DNA of 64,000 nt, from NCBI GenBank assembly GCA_024679065.1, contig JAGIQG010000004.1:62744001-62808000 (forward strand), given 5' to 3'. Origin of the DNA: Sphyrna mokarran. Taxonomy: Eukaryota. Within the stretch, counting starts at the first letter, position 1. Each line of letters starts with the position of its first letter. A program made the position numbers and the translations under genes. This document shows, in pieces, positions 13,425 to 27,644 of this stretch. The notes beneath the pieces are model-generated. The model saw nothing but the letters and a program-made list of their open reading frames with translations, was not told where the DNA came from and did not search any database.

Positions 13425-13870
13425 GCCTGGTATGGAGGGCAGGTCCTATGAAGAGAGGTTGAAGGATTTGAGGTTGTTTTCGTTAGAAAGGAGGCGGCTA
13501 AGGGGGGATCTTATTGAAGCATATAAGATAATTAGAGGTTTGGATAGGGTGGACAGTGATAGCCTTTTTCCTAGGATGGAGAAAGCTAGCACGAGGGAAC
13601 ACAACTTTAAATTAAGGGGTATGAGTTATAGGACGGATATCAGAGGTAGGTTCTTTACTCAAAGAGTGATTAGGGAGTGGAATGCCCTGCCTGCAGCTGT
13701 TGTAGATGCGCCAAGTTTGGTGGCGTTTAAGAGGTTAGTTGATAAGTATATGGATGAGAAGGGAATGGTTTAGTTAGGAGGGGCATTGCTTTTTATTTTG
13801 GTCGGCACAACATCGAAGGCCGAAGGGCCTGTTCTGTGGTGTATTGTTCTATGTTCTATGTTCTATGTTC
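13425..13870 (+). mobile_element. Short 3' fragment of CR1 family A
   Basis: MEGRSYEERLKDLRLFSLERRRLRGDLI...; same 3' UTR and (TTCTATG)n tail. Confidence 0.93.
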
Positions 13871-14199
13871 ACGAATTCTGTTAAATATGGGAATCTGCCA
13901 TCCTTACTGTACACCTAAAAGTTTTTGCAGACATACAGCTTGCTTTAGATATTAAACTACTTTCTCAAATTACCGAGCAGACCCATCAAATTTACTAAAG
14001 CAACAACATATCATAATTTCCTCTATGACAGTTATATACGTATAACGAATGTTGGCCAGATCCTACCATCCACATTTACTGAAATGTCATGTGAGGAGAT
14101 ATGTCTGTTCGTTTATTCTCTGTCTGTTCCTGATGCTTTCTTTATAAATGGATTGCATTTGACCCAATCGATATTCTAACTGTATCTAGAAACTCCAAA

Positions 14200-14380
14200 G
14201 TCATGCGAGTTGGTTTGATTGACCATGCAATATTACCTATGGTATCAGGGGGAACTAGCAGGGTAAATGCACATGGTCACGGATGTATGGCCTGAATAGT
14301 ATGGTTGTCAGTGCAGGATCGATCGGGTGAATGGCCTCCTTCTGCACTGTATATATTGTATTATTCTTTGATTCTATGAA
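14200..14380 (+). mobile_element. HE1-type SINE 3' half
   Basis: GAATGGCCTCCTTCTGCACTGT...ATTCTATG tail. Confidence 0.6.
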
Positions 14381-15009
14381 ACACCACTTAGTGTCCTCAG
14401 GACGTAAAGGAACAACGTGTCAACTGCCGCATGTTTTCAAATTACGCAACGAAGCACAGAGTTTTCGTTGCTCAAAGGAATCATGTGTTGGGGACAGAAA
14501 ATCATGAAAAGTGAACGAAAAGGTATGTTCACATCGCTTGCAAGGTAAATCAAATAGACATGTCTACATCATGCTTTGGAAATGTTGTCAAATCTATGTA
14601 TAAATATACGTTCTGTTTCATGTTGTATTCATATTACACATTCAGAACTAACTCCGACTGTCCATCTTTATTGATCTTGGGAATGTTGTGGTGTGCCCTC
14701 TCCTTGAACAGATACTGCCCTTTTTGCCTATTTGGTGTTGGTGTTTAGGTCCAAGTTTGCTTCTGTTCACTTGTTTGCTCTCTTTGTCCTTTTAGGTCTC
14801 TATGGGTCCTGATATTGAAAGTATCATCGTTGGAGGTTTGGCGAGCTATTGACATGTATTATTTAGATTCTGCTGCCTCTGGGCATCACTTCAGGGCACG
14901 TTCGACATGATAGGTGCCAACTTGATCAGCGGCTACTTTTGACCTGCATGACATTGAGCTTATTGTGTTTCGATGGAGCTGATATCATTTAGGAAAGTGA
15001 ATAGTGTTT

Positions 15010-15630
15010 CATAACCGACGGCACGAAGGTTGGTGGTGTTGTGAATAGTCAGGAGGGATGTCAAAAGTTGAAGCGAGGTATAGATGGATAGAAGAGTGGG
15101 CGGAGTAGTGGCAGATGGACTTCAACGCTGATAAATATGTAGTGCTCCATTTTGAGGTCCATTCCAGGTCCAATGGAATGAAGGAGTACAATATCAAGGA
15201 TAGGACTCTTAGCACAGTTAAGGGGCAGAAGGACCTTGGGGTCAGGGTCCATAGGACTCTTAAATCGGCCTCACAGGTGGAGGATGTGGTCAAGAAGTCG
15301 TATGGTGTGTTAGCCTTCATTAATCGAGGGATTGAGTTTAGGAGTCGGGAGGTAATGCTGCAACTTTATAAGACCCTTGTCAGACCCTATTTGGAGTACG
15401 GTGCGCAGTTCTGGTCGCCTCACTGCAGGAAGGATATGGAAGCTATTGAGAGGGTGCAGAGGAGATTTACACAGATGCTGCCTGGATTGGGAGGCATGCC
15501 TTGTGAAGAAAGTTTGAGAGAGCTAGATCTCTTCTCTCTGGACTACGAAGATTGAGAGGCGACCTGCTGGAGGTTTATAAAATGTTGAGAGGTATAGGTA
15601 GGGTGTATTCCCGGATGATATTTCCCTTCC
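15010..15630 (+). mobile_element. CR1 family C RT fragment
   Basis: ORF 15115-15555 RT C-terminal motifs; similar to 39670-40265. Confidence 0.85.
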
Positions 15631-18600
15631 CTTGGAGCAGCACGGAGAGGCAGCGATTTGGGAGAGCGTGAAGTTTGAGTGTTAAGTAGTTTTTAACTTT
15701 TCTCTTTGTTCAAAATAGCGAGCGGGGGTAGTTTTTGCCGTTTTTATTTAAACTAACTGGAAACCGGAAGTCGTCATTAGGAGGCTGCCGGTAGTTGTAG
15801 TTTTCTCTGTCTCTATAAATTGGTACAGAGAAGAAACCCGATACTCTACACAGGTAGAGTATCCCACCCTCCCCCCTCCTCTAACCTAATAATAAAAGTG
15901 TGTGGGAAGTTTTTTTTTCTGTCTCCTGGAAATTAAAGTATCAGGGATGGCAGTGCAGGCAGTAAGTTGCACCTCCTGCGGTATGTAGGAGGTGAGGGAC
16001 ACTAGTAGTGTTCCTGCTGATTACACCTGCAGGAAGTGTGCACATTAGCAAGCTCCTTGAGGATCGTGTTAAGGAGCTGGAGCTGGAATTAGAGGAACTC
16101 AGGGTAATTCGAGAGGTTGAGGAGGATATTGGCAGGAGTAACAAAGAGATAGTCACTCCTAAAAGTGATTCTTGGGTAACTATTAGGAGGAGGGGTAAGA
16201 AGCAATCGGGTAGACAATACACTGGGGCTGTTCCTCTCCGAAACAAATTTTCTGTCTTGGAGGCTACAGTTGAGGAAGATCAACTGGAGATGACCAAAGA
16301 GAGCAGGTCTCTGGGGGTGAGCCAGCTGAGAATGCTCAGGTGGGTAGGGGGAATAAGAGATTGGGCCTAGTAATTGGAGACTCCATAGTTAGAGGGACAG
16401 ATAGGAGAGCAAATAGCAATAAAAGTGACCCAGGGCTGGTGTGTTGCCTCCCAGGGGCTGGGGTCCAGGATGTCGCAGATCGGGTTTTTAAGATTCTTAA
16501 GGGAGAGGGGAGTCAGCCCCAAGTCATAGTTCATGTAGGGATACATGATATAGGAAGGACGAGGGAAGGGGATATTAAACAGAAATTTATGGAGTTGGGG
16601 TGGAAGCTTAGGGCCAAAACTGGCAGAGTGGTTATCTCTGGACTCTTGCCTGTGCCAAGGGATAGTTTAGAGAAGAACAGAGAGAGGGAATGTTTGAACT
16701 CGTGGCTGCGGGGATGGTGCAGGAGGGAGGGGTTCAGGTTCCTGAACAATTGGGACTCATTCTGGGATAGGTGGGACCTCTACAAGAGAGATGGTCTACA
16801 CCTGAACCAGAGGGGAACTCATATCTTGGGGGGAAAATTTGCTAAGGCTATGCAGGGGGCTTTAAACTGATTCGGGGGGGGGCGGGTGGGATCCTAAGTA
16901 GTTGGGGTGCTAAGAGGGATGAGAGTAAGGGGGTCATAGAGGAAAGCTGTAAAACACAGCAGCGTACGGGTGGGGGAGGGCATGGTTTGAAATGCGTATA
17001 CTTTAATGCAAGGAGTATTCGCAATAAGGGGGAGGAACTTGCAGCTTGGACCAGTACCTGGAACTTCGATGTTGTGGCCATTTCAGAGACTTGTGTAGAG
17101 CAGGGACAAGAATGGATGTTGCAGGTTCCGGGGTTCAAATGCTTTAGTCGGAGTAGAGAAGGAGGTAGAAGTGGGGGAGGAGTGGCATTATTAGTCAAAG
17201 ACTGTATCACAGTGACAGAAAAGAAGTTTGATGAGGACTTGTCTGTTGAGGTAGTATGAGCTGAGATTAGAAACAGGAAAGGAGAGGTCACCCTGTTGGG
17301 AGTCTTTTATAGACCTCCTAAAAGTGCTAGAGAGGTTGAGGAAAGGATTGCCAAGTCAATTCTGGTCAGGAGTGAAAGTAATAGGGTAATTGTTATGGGG
17401 GATTTTAACTTTACTAATATTGATTGGAATAGCTATAGCTCTAGCTCGTTAGAGGGGTCAGTTTTTGTACAAAGTGTGCAGGAAGGTTTTTTGACTCAGT
17501 ATGTCGATAGGCCAACTAGAGGTGAGGCTACATTGGATTTGGTGCTGGGCAATGAGCCAGACCAGGTGTTAGGCTTGGAAGTTAGTGAACATTTTGGTGA
17601 TAGTGACCACAATTCGGTTACGTTCACCTTAGTGATGGATAGGGATAGCATGAAGCTGGGGGCAGTAGTTATAGCTGGGGGAAGGGTAATTATGAGGCCA
17701 TCAGGAGAGAATTAGGGTGCATAGATTGGACTAGGAAAACTACAGGGACTGGGAACATCTGGAATGTGGAGCTTATTCAAGGAGCAGCTGCTGTGAGTCC
17801 TTGATAAGTATGTCCCTGTCAGGCAAGGAGGAAATGGTCGAGTAAGGGAACCTTGGTGTACGAAAAAGTTGATTCGCTGGTTAAAAGGAAAAAGGAGGCT
17901 TATGTCAGGATGAGGCTTGAAGGCTCAGTTAGTGCAATGGATAGCTATAGATTAGCCAGGAGGGAGCTAAAGAGTGAATTGAGGAGAGCTAAGAGGGGGC
18001 ACGAGAAGACTTTGGCTGATAGGATTAAGGAGAATCCTAAAGCTTTCTTCAGATATGTTAAGAATAGAAGATTGGTTAGGGCAAGATTAGGGCCAGTCAT
18101 AGACAGCAGTGGGAAGTTGTGCGTGGAGCCTGAAGAGATTGGTGAGGCACTGAATAAATATTTCTCTTCGGTATTCACGCAGGGTGATGTAAATGTAGTT
18201 GTGGAGAGCACTGAGGTACAGGGTTGCAAATTGGGGAGTATTGAGTTAGATAGGGAGGATGTGTTAGATATTCTTGAGGGTTTGAAGTTGGATAAGTCCC
18301 CTGGGCCGGACGGGATTTACCCTAGGATTCTCTGGGAGGCATGAGAGGAGATTGCAGAGCCTCTGGCTCTGATCTTCAGGTCCTCGTTGGTTACGGGTGT
18401 GGTTCCAGAGGACTGGAGGATAGCGAATGTGGTCCCGTTGTTCAAGAAGGGGAAGAGAGACCTTCCAGGGAAATATAGGCCAGTGAGTCTTACTTCTGTT
18501 GTGGGCAAAGTATTGGAGAGAATTATTAGGGATAGGATTTATAGTTATTTAGAGAGAAATGACTTGATTGGGGATAGTCAGCATGGTTTTGTGAAGGGTA

Positions 18601-19815
18601 GGTCGTGCCTTACTAACCTCATTGAGTTTTTTGAAAAAGTGAACAAAGAGGTGGATGGGGGTAAGGCGGTTGATGTGGTATATATGGACTTTAGTAAGGC
18701 GTTTGATAAGGTGGTCCATGGAAGACTTCTACAGAAAATGCAGATGTGTGGAATAGAGGGTGATTTAGCTAATTGGATTAGGAATTGGCTGGCAGATAGA
18801 AGACAGAGGGTGATGGTTGATGGGAGATATTCATCGTGGAGTTCGGTGACAAGTGGTGTACCTCAGGGGTCTGTTTTGGGGCCCTGCTGTTTGTAATTTT
18901 TATAAATGATCTGGATGAGGGTATTGAAGGATGGATTAGTAAATTTGCAGATGACACTAAAGTCGGTGGAGTGGTAGATAGTGAAGATGGGTGTTATAGT
19001 TTGCAGAGGGACTTGGACAAGTTGCAGAGCTGGGCCGAGAGGTGGCAAATGGAGTTTAATGTGGAAAAGTGTGAGGTAATGCACTATGGCAGAAATAATA
19101 AATGTGTAGAGTATAGGGCTAATGGTAGGATTCTTAGTAGTCTTGATGAACAGAGGGATCTTGGTGTGTATGTGCATAGATTCCTGAAAGTAGGCAGTCA
19201 AGTCGAGAAGGTTGTTAAGAAGGCATATGGAGTCTTAGCTTTTATTGGTAGGGGGATTGAATATCGGAGCCGCAACGTCATGTTGCAACTGTACAAAACT
19301 CTAGTGCGGCCGCACTTGGAGTATTGTGTGCAGTTCTGGTCCCCACATTATAAGAAAGATGTGGAGGCATTGGAGAGGGTACAGAGGAGGTTTACCAGGA
19401 TGTTGCCTGGTATGGAGGGCAGGTCTTATGAAGAGAGGATGAGGGATTTGAGGTTGTTTTCGTTAGAAAGGAGGCGGCTAAGAGGGGACCTAATCGAAAC
19501 ATATAAGATGATTAGAGGTTTAGATAGGGTGGACAGTGATAGCCTTTTTCCTAGGATGGAGAAAGCTAGCACGAGGGGACACAGCTTTAAATTAAGGGGT
19601 GATAGTTATAGGACGGATATCAGAGGTAGGTTCTTTACCCAAAGGGTGGTTGGGGAGTGGAATGCCCTGCCTGCAGCAGTTGTAGATGCGCCAAGTTTGG
19701 TGGCATTTAAGAGGTTAGTTGATAAGTATATGGAAGAGAAGGGAATGGTTTAGTTTGGAGGGTCATTGCTTTTTATATTGGTCGGCGCAACATCGAAGGC
19801 CGAAGGGCCTGTTCT
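15630..19815 (+). mobile_element. Near full-length CR1 LINE (family A): 5' UTR, ORF1 (Cys/His finger, coiled coil, SGNH/GDSL esterase), ORF2 (APE endonuclease + RT); inactivated
   Basis: ORF1 motifs LLEDRVKELELELEEL, VIGDSIVRG, DGLHLN. ORF2 motifs [49 protein letters not shown] few stops/frameshifts split the frames. Confidence 0.95.
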
Positions 19816-20009
19816 AATCTCAGCCCATAATACCTCAACAGACAAGTCCTCATCAAACCTCTTTTCTGTCACTGTGGTACAGTCTTTGACTAATAATGCC
19901 ACTCCTCGCCCCCTTCTACCTCCTTCTCTACTCCGACTAAATACTTTTCTTGGACCTTTTTCGAGGGTATCCTATTGCTTCGCATCGTTAGTATATGCTT
20001 GGCCTGGAC

Positions 20010-21060
20010 TAACTGGCATGTGGTGACTAGTGGCATGCCACACAGAGATCGGTGCTGGGGCTTCAACTGTTTATCACAGACATGGACGTTCTGGAGAATG
20101 GGGAGTGTAGGGTAGCAAAGCTTGCTAATCACATGAAGATGAGTGGAAAATCACATCGCGTGGAAGATGCGGAAAGTCTGCAGAGAGATTTGGATAGGCT
20201 GAGTGAATGGGCGAGGACCTGGCAGATGGAGTATAACGTTGACAAAATGTGACATTATCCACTTTGGAAGAAATAATAATACGATCGAATATTATTTAAA
20301 TGATGAAAATTTGCAGCATGTTACTGTGCAGAGGGACCTGGGAGTCCTTGTGCATGAATCGCAAAAGCTCAGTCTGTAGATGCAGCAAGTGATCAAGAAG
20401 GTGAATGGAATCTTGGCCTTTATCGCGAGGGGAATAGAATATAAACGCAGCGAGGTCTTGCTGCAACTGCACAAGGCACTGGTGAGGCCGCAACTGGAGT
20501 GTTCTGTGCAATTTTGGTCCCCTTATTTGCGAAAGGATATTTTGGCCTTGGAGAGAATACAGAGAAGGTTCACCAGGTTGATATTGGAGATGAGGGGTTT
20601 AGCTTATGAGGAGAGATTGAGTAGATTGGGCCTGTACTCGTTGGAGTTTAGAAGGCTGAGAGGGATCTTACAGAGACATATAAGATAATGAAGGGGCTAG
20701 ATACGGTAGAGTTCGAGAGGTTCTTTTCACTTAGAAAGAAAACAAGAACTGGAGGGCACAGCCTCAAAATAAAGTGAGGGGGGAGGGAGGCGGGGAACAG
20801 TTTAGAAGAAAGTTGAAGAGGAACTTCTTCTCTCAGAGGGTAGTGAATCTCTGGAATTCTGTACCCATTGAAGTGGTGGTGACTACCTCGTTGAATATGT
20901 TTAAGTCACGAATAGACAGATTTCCGATCGATAAGGGAATTAAGGATTATGGGGAACAGGCTGGTAAGTGGAACTGATCCACTTCAGATCAGCCGTGGAA
21001 TGGCGGGGCAGGCTTGAGGGGCTAAATGACCTACTCCTGCTTCTATTTCTTATGTTCTTA
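20010..21060 (+). mobile_element. Older CR1 3' portion
   Basis: LQRDLDRLSEWARTWQMEYNVDK, LVRPQLE, NFFSQRVVNLWNS; CR1-type 3' end. Confidence 0.85.
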
Positions 21061-22239
21061 AAGCTCGTCGAGGTAGGTTATCGGTTCGAGTGGATTTATC
21101 AACTTTCAAAAAAGATGATTTCCCCAGCAGTCTTTTAATTTTAGTCATTAATTCTCAGTCTTATCGTTCATTAATCCCATTTCTCCCAGTACCTTTGAGT
21201 CGATTTTCCTCCTTGCAGACAAATACACTATTTATTCCTGTACACTTTCTTCTTTCCAGTTTAAGTCTTCCTGTTCCTGCCTGTAATTGCCTCGCATTTG
21301 CTAATACCTCCCTCCTTCCGAACTTATATAAGCTTTTATAGTCGATTACTAGTTTCTTACCATGTTGGCCACAAATTCCATCTTGAATGTTTTTGTTGCA
21401 TTTCTTGATCTTGGCCATCAATTGCTGAATTCTAACAAAAGGCGAATGCGTTGTATCCTCAGATCTGCTTCTTCTTTGAATATTTTATAAGCTCTTCTTT
21501 TGACATTGTGCAGCATTTAATTTGTCTTCTTAGCCAAGACTGCGTCACTTTTCTTCCTAACGCTTAATTGCAACAAGTTTACTATCAACACTGGTCTTAT
21601 GTTTGGATCCTTAGCATAGTTTCTAGGAAACAACGTCGTATACGTTCCAGGAATAGATGCGCTGAAGCAATAGTGCTAATTGCGTTGATCCAATCCACTT
21701 GTGAGTTTAACTCCCCAATGTTTTCCTTACTTCTCTGGTCCCATACTTGCATTATTCCATAATTTTTACCATGACCTCATTTTTGCAGTTCTATGGCCTA
21801 TACATAAGTCACGCCAACCTTTGCTCCCACACTGTTTTTAGTCTTTCTTCAGCCAAATTCATTTGACAATTTCACCTTTACAGAGGCCATTTCTCACTAA
21901 ATTACTGAACACATGTTTTGTAACATTGCTATTTCACTGCGTTTTCTTTTTTTTTGTACGTCCCAAATGTTAAATTACCTTTACTGTGCAGTTCCCATCA
22001 TTTTTTCAGGCTGCATCACATCTGCGCAATAGCAATACGATCACACCCATTTTCTTCTATTTTTCCATGAGTTGATCCACATTTTTGCAGATACATAACA
22101 TTTTAGCATTTCTTTTCTAAACTTCGGATTTATTCGTTACCAGCGCTTGGACGGAGTAACAGGATATTGTCTGAAAAATGTTAGACCGTGAAGTTGTGAT
22201 GTAGAAAGACTGTCCTTGTATACCATTCATTCTAAGCAG

Positions 22240-22860
22240 TATGTAGATACAAGATAAATGGCGTATTGACCTACATTGAGGAGTATTTGAATATGGGGCA
22301 AGGATTTTTTACTGAGGCTGCACAAATCTTGATGAGGTCACAAGTGGAACATTGTGTGAAGTTTTAGTCTGCCAGCCTAATAAAGTTCATACATGCCATA
22401 AAGGACACACAATTAAGGTTCACCACAGTTTTTTGGAATGACAATTTTTCATGTGAAGCAGGGTCAACTGTATTCACTGGACTGGAAGGGAATGAGAGAT
22501 GATCTCACTCATTATTTTTAAATGTAGGCAGGACTGGACAGAAATCGTTCAAAAATAACCTTTCTCCTCTCTGTGAGACGTAGAACAAATTTAGGACATG
22601 GGGTAGGACAGTTAGGATTGAGATGAGGAGAAATTCACTCAGATCGTGCTGTATAACACAGAAAACGGTGAATACCGAATTAGTGAATACATTAAAGAAG
22701 TGGATGTATTTATACCTACTAAAGTGTCAATGGATATGCAGTGAGAGCAGGAGTATGATGTTGAGAAAAAGGATCAGTCATGATTTTGTGGAATAGCAAA
22801 TAAGGCTCTACGGTCGTAATAGTTTATTCCTGGGCCGATTTACATGGCTTCTATGACTCC
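22240..22860 (+). mobile_element. Old degenerate CR1 3' fragment
   Basis: Decayed LVRPHLEHC, RFT and RGDL-like segments. Confidence 0.55.
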
Positions 22861-23454
22861 AGCTTTTGGTTAGTTCCCTCGAACATTGCACAACTGGACG
22901 TGAACAACTCTGCATCATTTAAAACAGTCGAGGGTTTTGAGCTTTACTTTCCTTTCAGGCAGCAGGTTTTTTTGACGAATTACCTTTTACGCTGATTGCC
23001 TTATCTCCCCACTAATCTTTCTACCGATCACTTTACTGGTCTAATTCAAAGTTATAGCATTGTCGACTAAAGTAAATAGGCTATTCACATCTACTTGAAT
23101 AGGACACCACAACATGTTATACATCTCAACCTTTACTTTCTCTTTGCTCCGAGCTAAGGTCCCAATTTGCTTCCAGAAGCCCACAACCATTCCTGTTCTG
23201 AAGAAAAGCTAGACTGCGTGCATTAATGACTAGCACACAGTAGCTTTGACATCGGTAATTATGACGTCCCAGGGAGAATTCATCGTTGTATGCATGAACT
23301 CCAATCCCCCAGGTTGTCTGATCCACTGCCACATTAGGATTATTGCAAATACAATTTACGCTCAATCCTGGAACATCTGGATAACAAGGACACTTTGGCC
23401 AGGCTCGTATGTATTGACTGTAGTTCAACATGCAACACGATTATCCCAATAAAA

Positions 23455-24473
23455 CTCATTTCCAAACGCCGTGGCCTAGATATTAGCTCCCCCTTCTGAG
23501 ACCGGATTCTAGATTTCCTTACTCAACAGATCACACTCAATAAGGATGGGTAACAACACTTCCTCCACGATTATCATCAACATTGTGTCCTCTGCCCCTT
23601 ACTATATTCATTATACACTTAATACAGCATGAACGAACTCTGCTCCAACTCAAGTTTCAAATATGTTGATGGCAACAACATAGTTTCAAGCAATAATGTC
23701 ACAGAGTACAGGAAAGAGATTGAGAAAACGATGAAATGGTGTGATGAAAATGATCTCTCCCTCAATGGAAATAATACAGACGAGATAATCATGAACTTCA
23801 GGAAACGTGGTAGAACACATGCCCCTGTCTGCACCAATGGTAACGAAATGGAAATGGTCTGCAACTTGAAGGTTGATAGTGCTCAGATTACCAGTAATAT
23901 CTCATTGTCCTTTTATGCAAATGCTATAGTTAAGGAAATCCACCAATGCCTCAACCTTCTCAGAAAGCTGAGGAAATTCGGCATTTCGCGTAGGACTCAA
24001 TAGTTTACACAGATGCGCCATAGAAAGCAATCTTTCTAGATGCATCTCTGCTTGGAATGTCCAAGTCTGCAAGAACCTACAAAGGATTATGAGCATAGCC
24101 AAATCTGACATGCAAATCAGCCTCACATCCATTAGCTCAGCCTACAATCCCTGCTGCCAGCATAATCGCAGATGCCACTCACACCAGACATGCGCTTTTC
24201 CATCTTCTGTCATCAGGAAAAAAAGGTACAAAGGTCAGAAAACACTTAGAAACCGAGCCAAGAACATTTTTGCTTCCCTGCTACCGTCTGGTTTTTGAGT
24301 GGAAGTATATATTTCGCTGATCTGTCCATTCATCGTATCTGTAACGACAACAAACGTTCTTTCCTTGTCCACCTGTAATCCGCGAACGATATTTATCTTT
24401 ACAACATGCAAGAATCAACACTTTGCGTTGTGTCCCAATTATGTGGTAACATTAAATCAAATCCAAATCAAAT
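23455..24473 (+). mobile_element. Degenerate Rex1/Babar-type LINE (RT C-terminus + tail)
   Basis: PLLYSLYT, EYRKEIE..MKWCDENDLSLN...EIIMNFRK, LRKLRKFG; (AAATC)n tail. Confidence 0.75.
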
Positions 24474-24937
24474 GTCCTCTCAGATTCATTGGTTCAAAGG
24501 AAAAGAAGCCCAACCTACCATTTTTTCCTCGCAGTTGCAAATATCATCTGCTGGCAACAGTTCCAATTACTGTGCACTTATTTTTGCAATCTGGTAAACA
24601 GAAGAAATATGTTTTTCAAGTTATAACTGAGCTCTCTGCTCGAGTGAATAAAGTCGACTAATCATCTCTTCTAGCATAATCCTCCTGTTCTAATTTTATA
24701 ACTGGACTGATTCTATTTGTATTCCTGAACACGTTATTTACATATCCTACTACATTTTGGGATCTGTCGGTAGGCACTCTAACGTCCTCATTTCTTCTAC
24801 GATTCCCATAAAACTCACAACTGTACATTACTTTGTATGACTTGACGTTGCAAATGCATCTGCTCAAACGTCAGAAATTCGAATTCAATTGGCCCTTTTT
24901 CTGCTTCTGTGGATATTCAATCGATACCTTCCATACT

Positions 24938-27260
24938 TAGAACATAGAACATAGAACATTACAGCACAGAACGGGCCCTTCGGCCTTCGATGTTGTGCCG
25001 ACCAAAATAAAAAGCAATGCCCCTCCAAACTAAAGCATTCCCTTCTCTTCCATATACTTATCAATTAACCTCTTAAACGCCACCAAACTTGGCGCATCTA
25101 CAACAGCTGCAGGCAGGGCATTCCACTCCCTAATCACTCTTTGAGTTAAGAACCTACCTCTGATATCCGTCCTATAACTCATACCCCTTAATTTAAAGCT
25201 GTGTCCCCTCGTGCTAGCTTTCTCCATCCTAGGAAAAGGCTATCACTGTCCACCCTATCTAAACCTCTAATCATCTTATATGCGTCAATAAGATCCCCTC
25301 TTAGCCGCCTCCTTTCTAACGAAAACAACCTCAAATCCTTCAACCTCTCTTCATAGGACCTGCCCTCATACCAGGCAACATCCTGGTAAACCTCCTCTGT
25401 ACCCTCTCCAATGCCTCCACATCTTTCTTATAATGTGGGGACCAGAACTGCACACAATACTTCAAGTGCGGCCGCACTAGAGTTTTGTACAGTTGCAACA
25501 TGATGCTGCCGCTCCTAAATTCCATCCCCCTACCAATAAAAGCTAAGACTCCATATGCCTTCTTAACAACTTTATCCACTTGACTGCCTACTTTCAGGGA
25601 TCTATTGACACATACACCAAGATCCTTCTGTTCCTCAACACTATTAAGAGCCCTACCATTAGCCCTATACTCTACACATTTATTGTTCCTGCCAAAGTGC
25701 ATTACTCACACTTTTCCACATTAAACTCCATTTGCCACCTCTCGGCCCAGCTCTGCAACTTGTCCAAGTCACTCTGTAAACTAAAACACCCCTCTTCACT
25801 ATCTACCACTCCACCAACTTTCGTGTCATCTGCAAATTTACTGATCCATCCCTCAATACCCTCATCCAGATCATTTATAAAAATTACAAACAGCAGGGGC
25901 CCCAAAACAGACCCCTGAAGCACACCACTTGTCACCGAACTCCACGATGAATATCTCCCATCAACCACCACCCTCTGTCTTCTATCTGCCAGCCAATTCC
26001 TAATCCAATTAGCTAAATGACCCTCTATTCCACACATCTGCATTTTCTGTAGAAGTCTTCCATGGGCCACCTTATCAAACGCCTTACTAAAGTCCATATA
26101 TACTACATCCACCGCCTTACCCCCATCCACCTCTTTGGTCACTTTCTCAAAAAACTCAATGAGGTTAGTAAGGCATGACCTACCCTTCACGAAACCATGC
26201 TGACTATCCCAATCAATTCATTTCTCTCTAAATAACTATAAATCCTATCCCTAATAATTCTCTCCAATACTTTGCCCACAACAGAAGTAAGACTCACTGG
26301 CCTATAATTCCCTGGAAGGTCTCTCTTCCCCTTCTTAAACAATGGGACCACATTCGCTATCCTCCAGTCCTCCGGAACCACACCCGTAACCAACGAGGAC
26401 CTGATGATCAGAGCCAGAGGCTCTGCAATCTCCTCTCTTGCCTCCCAGAGAATCCTAGTGTAAATCCCGTCCGGCCCAGGGGACTTATCCAACTTCAAAC
26501 CCTCGAGAATTTCTAGCACATCCTCCCTATCTACTACAATACTTCCCAATTTGCAACCCTGTACCTCAGTGTTCTCCATACCTACATTTCCAGCACTCTG
26601 CATGAATACCGAAGAGAAATATTTATTCAGTGCCTCACCAATCTCTTCAGGCTCCACGCACAACTTCCCACTGCTGTCTATGACTGGCCCTAATCTTGCC
26701 CTAACCACTCTTCTATTCTTAACATATCGAAAGAAAGCTCTAGGATTCTCCTTAATCCTATCAGCCAACATCTTCTCGTGTCCCCTCTTAGCTCTCCTCA
26801 ATTCACTTTTTACCTCCTTCCTAGCTAATCTATAGCTATCCATTGCACTACCTGAGCCTTCAAGCCTCATCCTGACATAAGCTTCCTTTTTCTTCTTAAC
26901 CAGCAAATCAACTCTTTTCGTACACCAAGGCTCTCTTACTCGTCCATTTCCTCCCTGCCTGACAGGGACATACTTATCAAGGACTCTCAGCAGCTGCTCC
27001 TTGAATAAGCACCACATTCCAGATTTTCCCAGTCCCTGTAGTTCCCTAGTCCAATCTACGCACCCTAATTCTCTCCTGATGGCCTCATAATTACCCTTCC
27101 CCCAGCTATAACTACAGCCCCCCGCTTCATGCCTATCCCTGTCCATCACTAAGGTGAACGTAACCGAATTGTGGTCACTATCACCAAAATGTTCACTAAC
27201 TTCCAAGCCTAACACCTGGTCTGGCTCATTGCCCAGCACCAAATCCAATGTAGCCTCACT
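24938..27260 (-). mobile_element. 5'-truncated CR1 (family A), end of APE + RT + tail
   Basis: Minus ORFs 26187-27248, 25702-26190, 25340-25702 and 25030-25227 match the 17520-19750 region; (AGAACAT)n tail at 24938. Confidence 0.95.
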
Positions 27261-27644
27261 TCTGTCAAACTACTGCGAACATTTTTTTTTCTATTCTTAG
27301 CTTAACCAGAGGTCATTCCATGATTTGATGGTAATGTGAATATGAGATAGACATTGTTTTTGCCGAATGTAGTTCTGTTGTTCTAATGATCCACACAACA
27401 TCTTGAATATTCAGTTCTGAGCTGCAACGTCTGTGCTGCATTTATGCCATTATAACTGAGACCCCAAAATGCAGGGCAAATGTCCAAAACAATGGCGGAG
27501 TAATATTCTGAAATTGCAATATGATGCATATTTTCTGGCAGCTGCATGCTATTTAATATTTGTTAATCATTTTGCTAATTTACATACAAGCATCCAAATC
27601 TTCTAACACATTTCTGTGAAAAGAGACGTGATAGCAAATAATAT

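Noticed and set aside
14401-14523. AG...GT-bounded segment
   Set aside because: Stops in all three frames.
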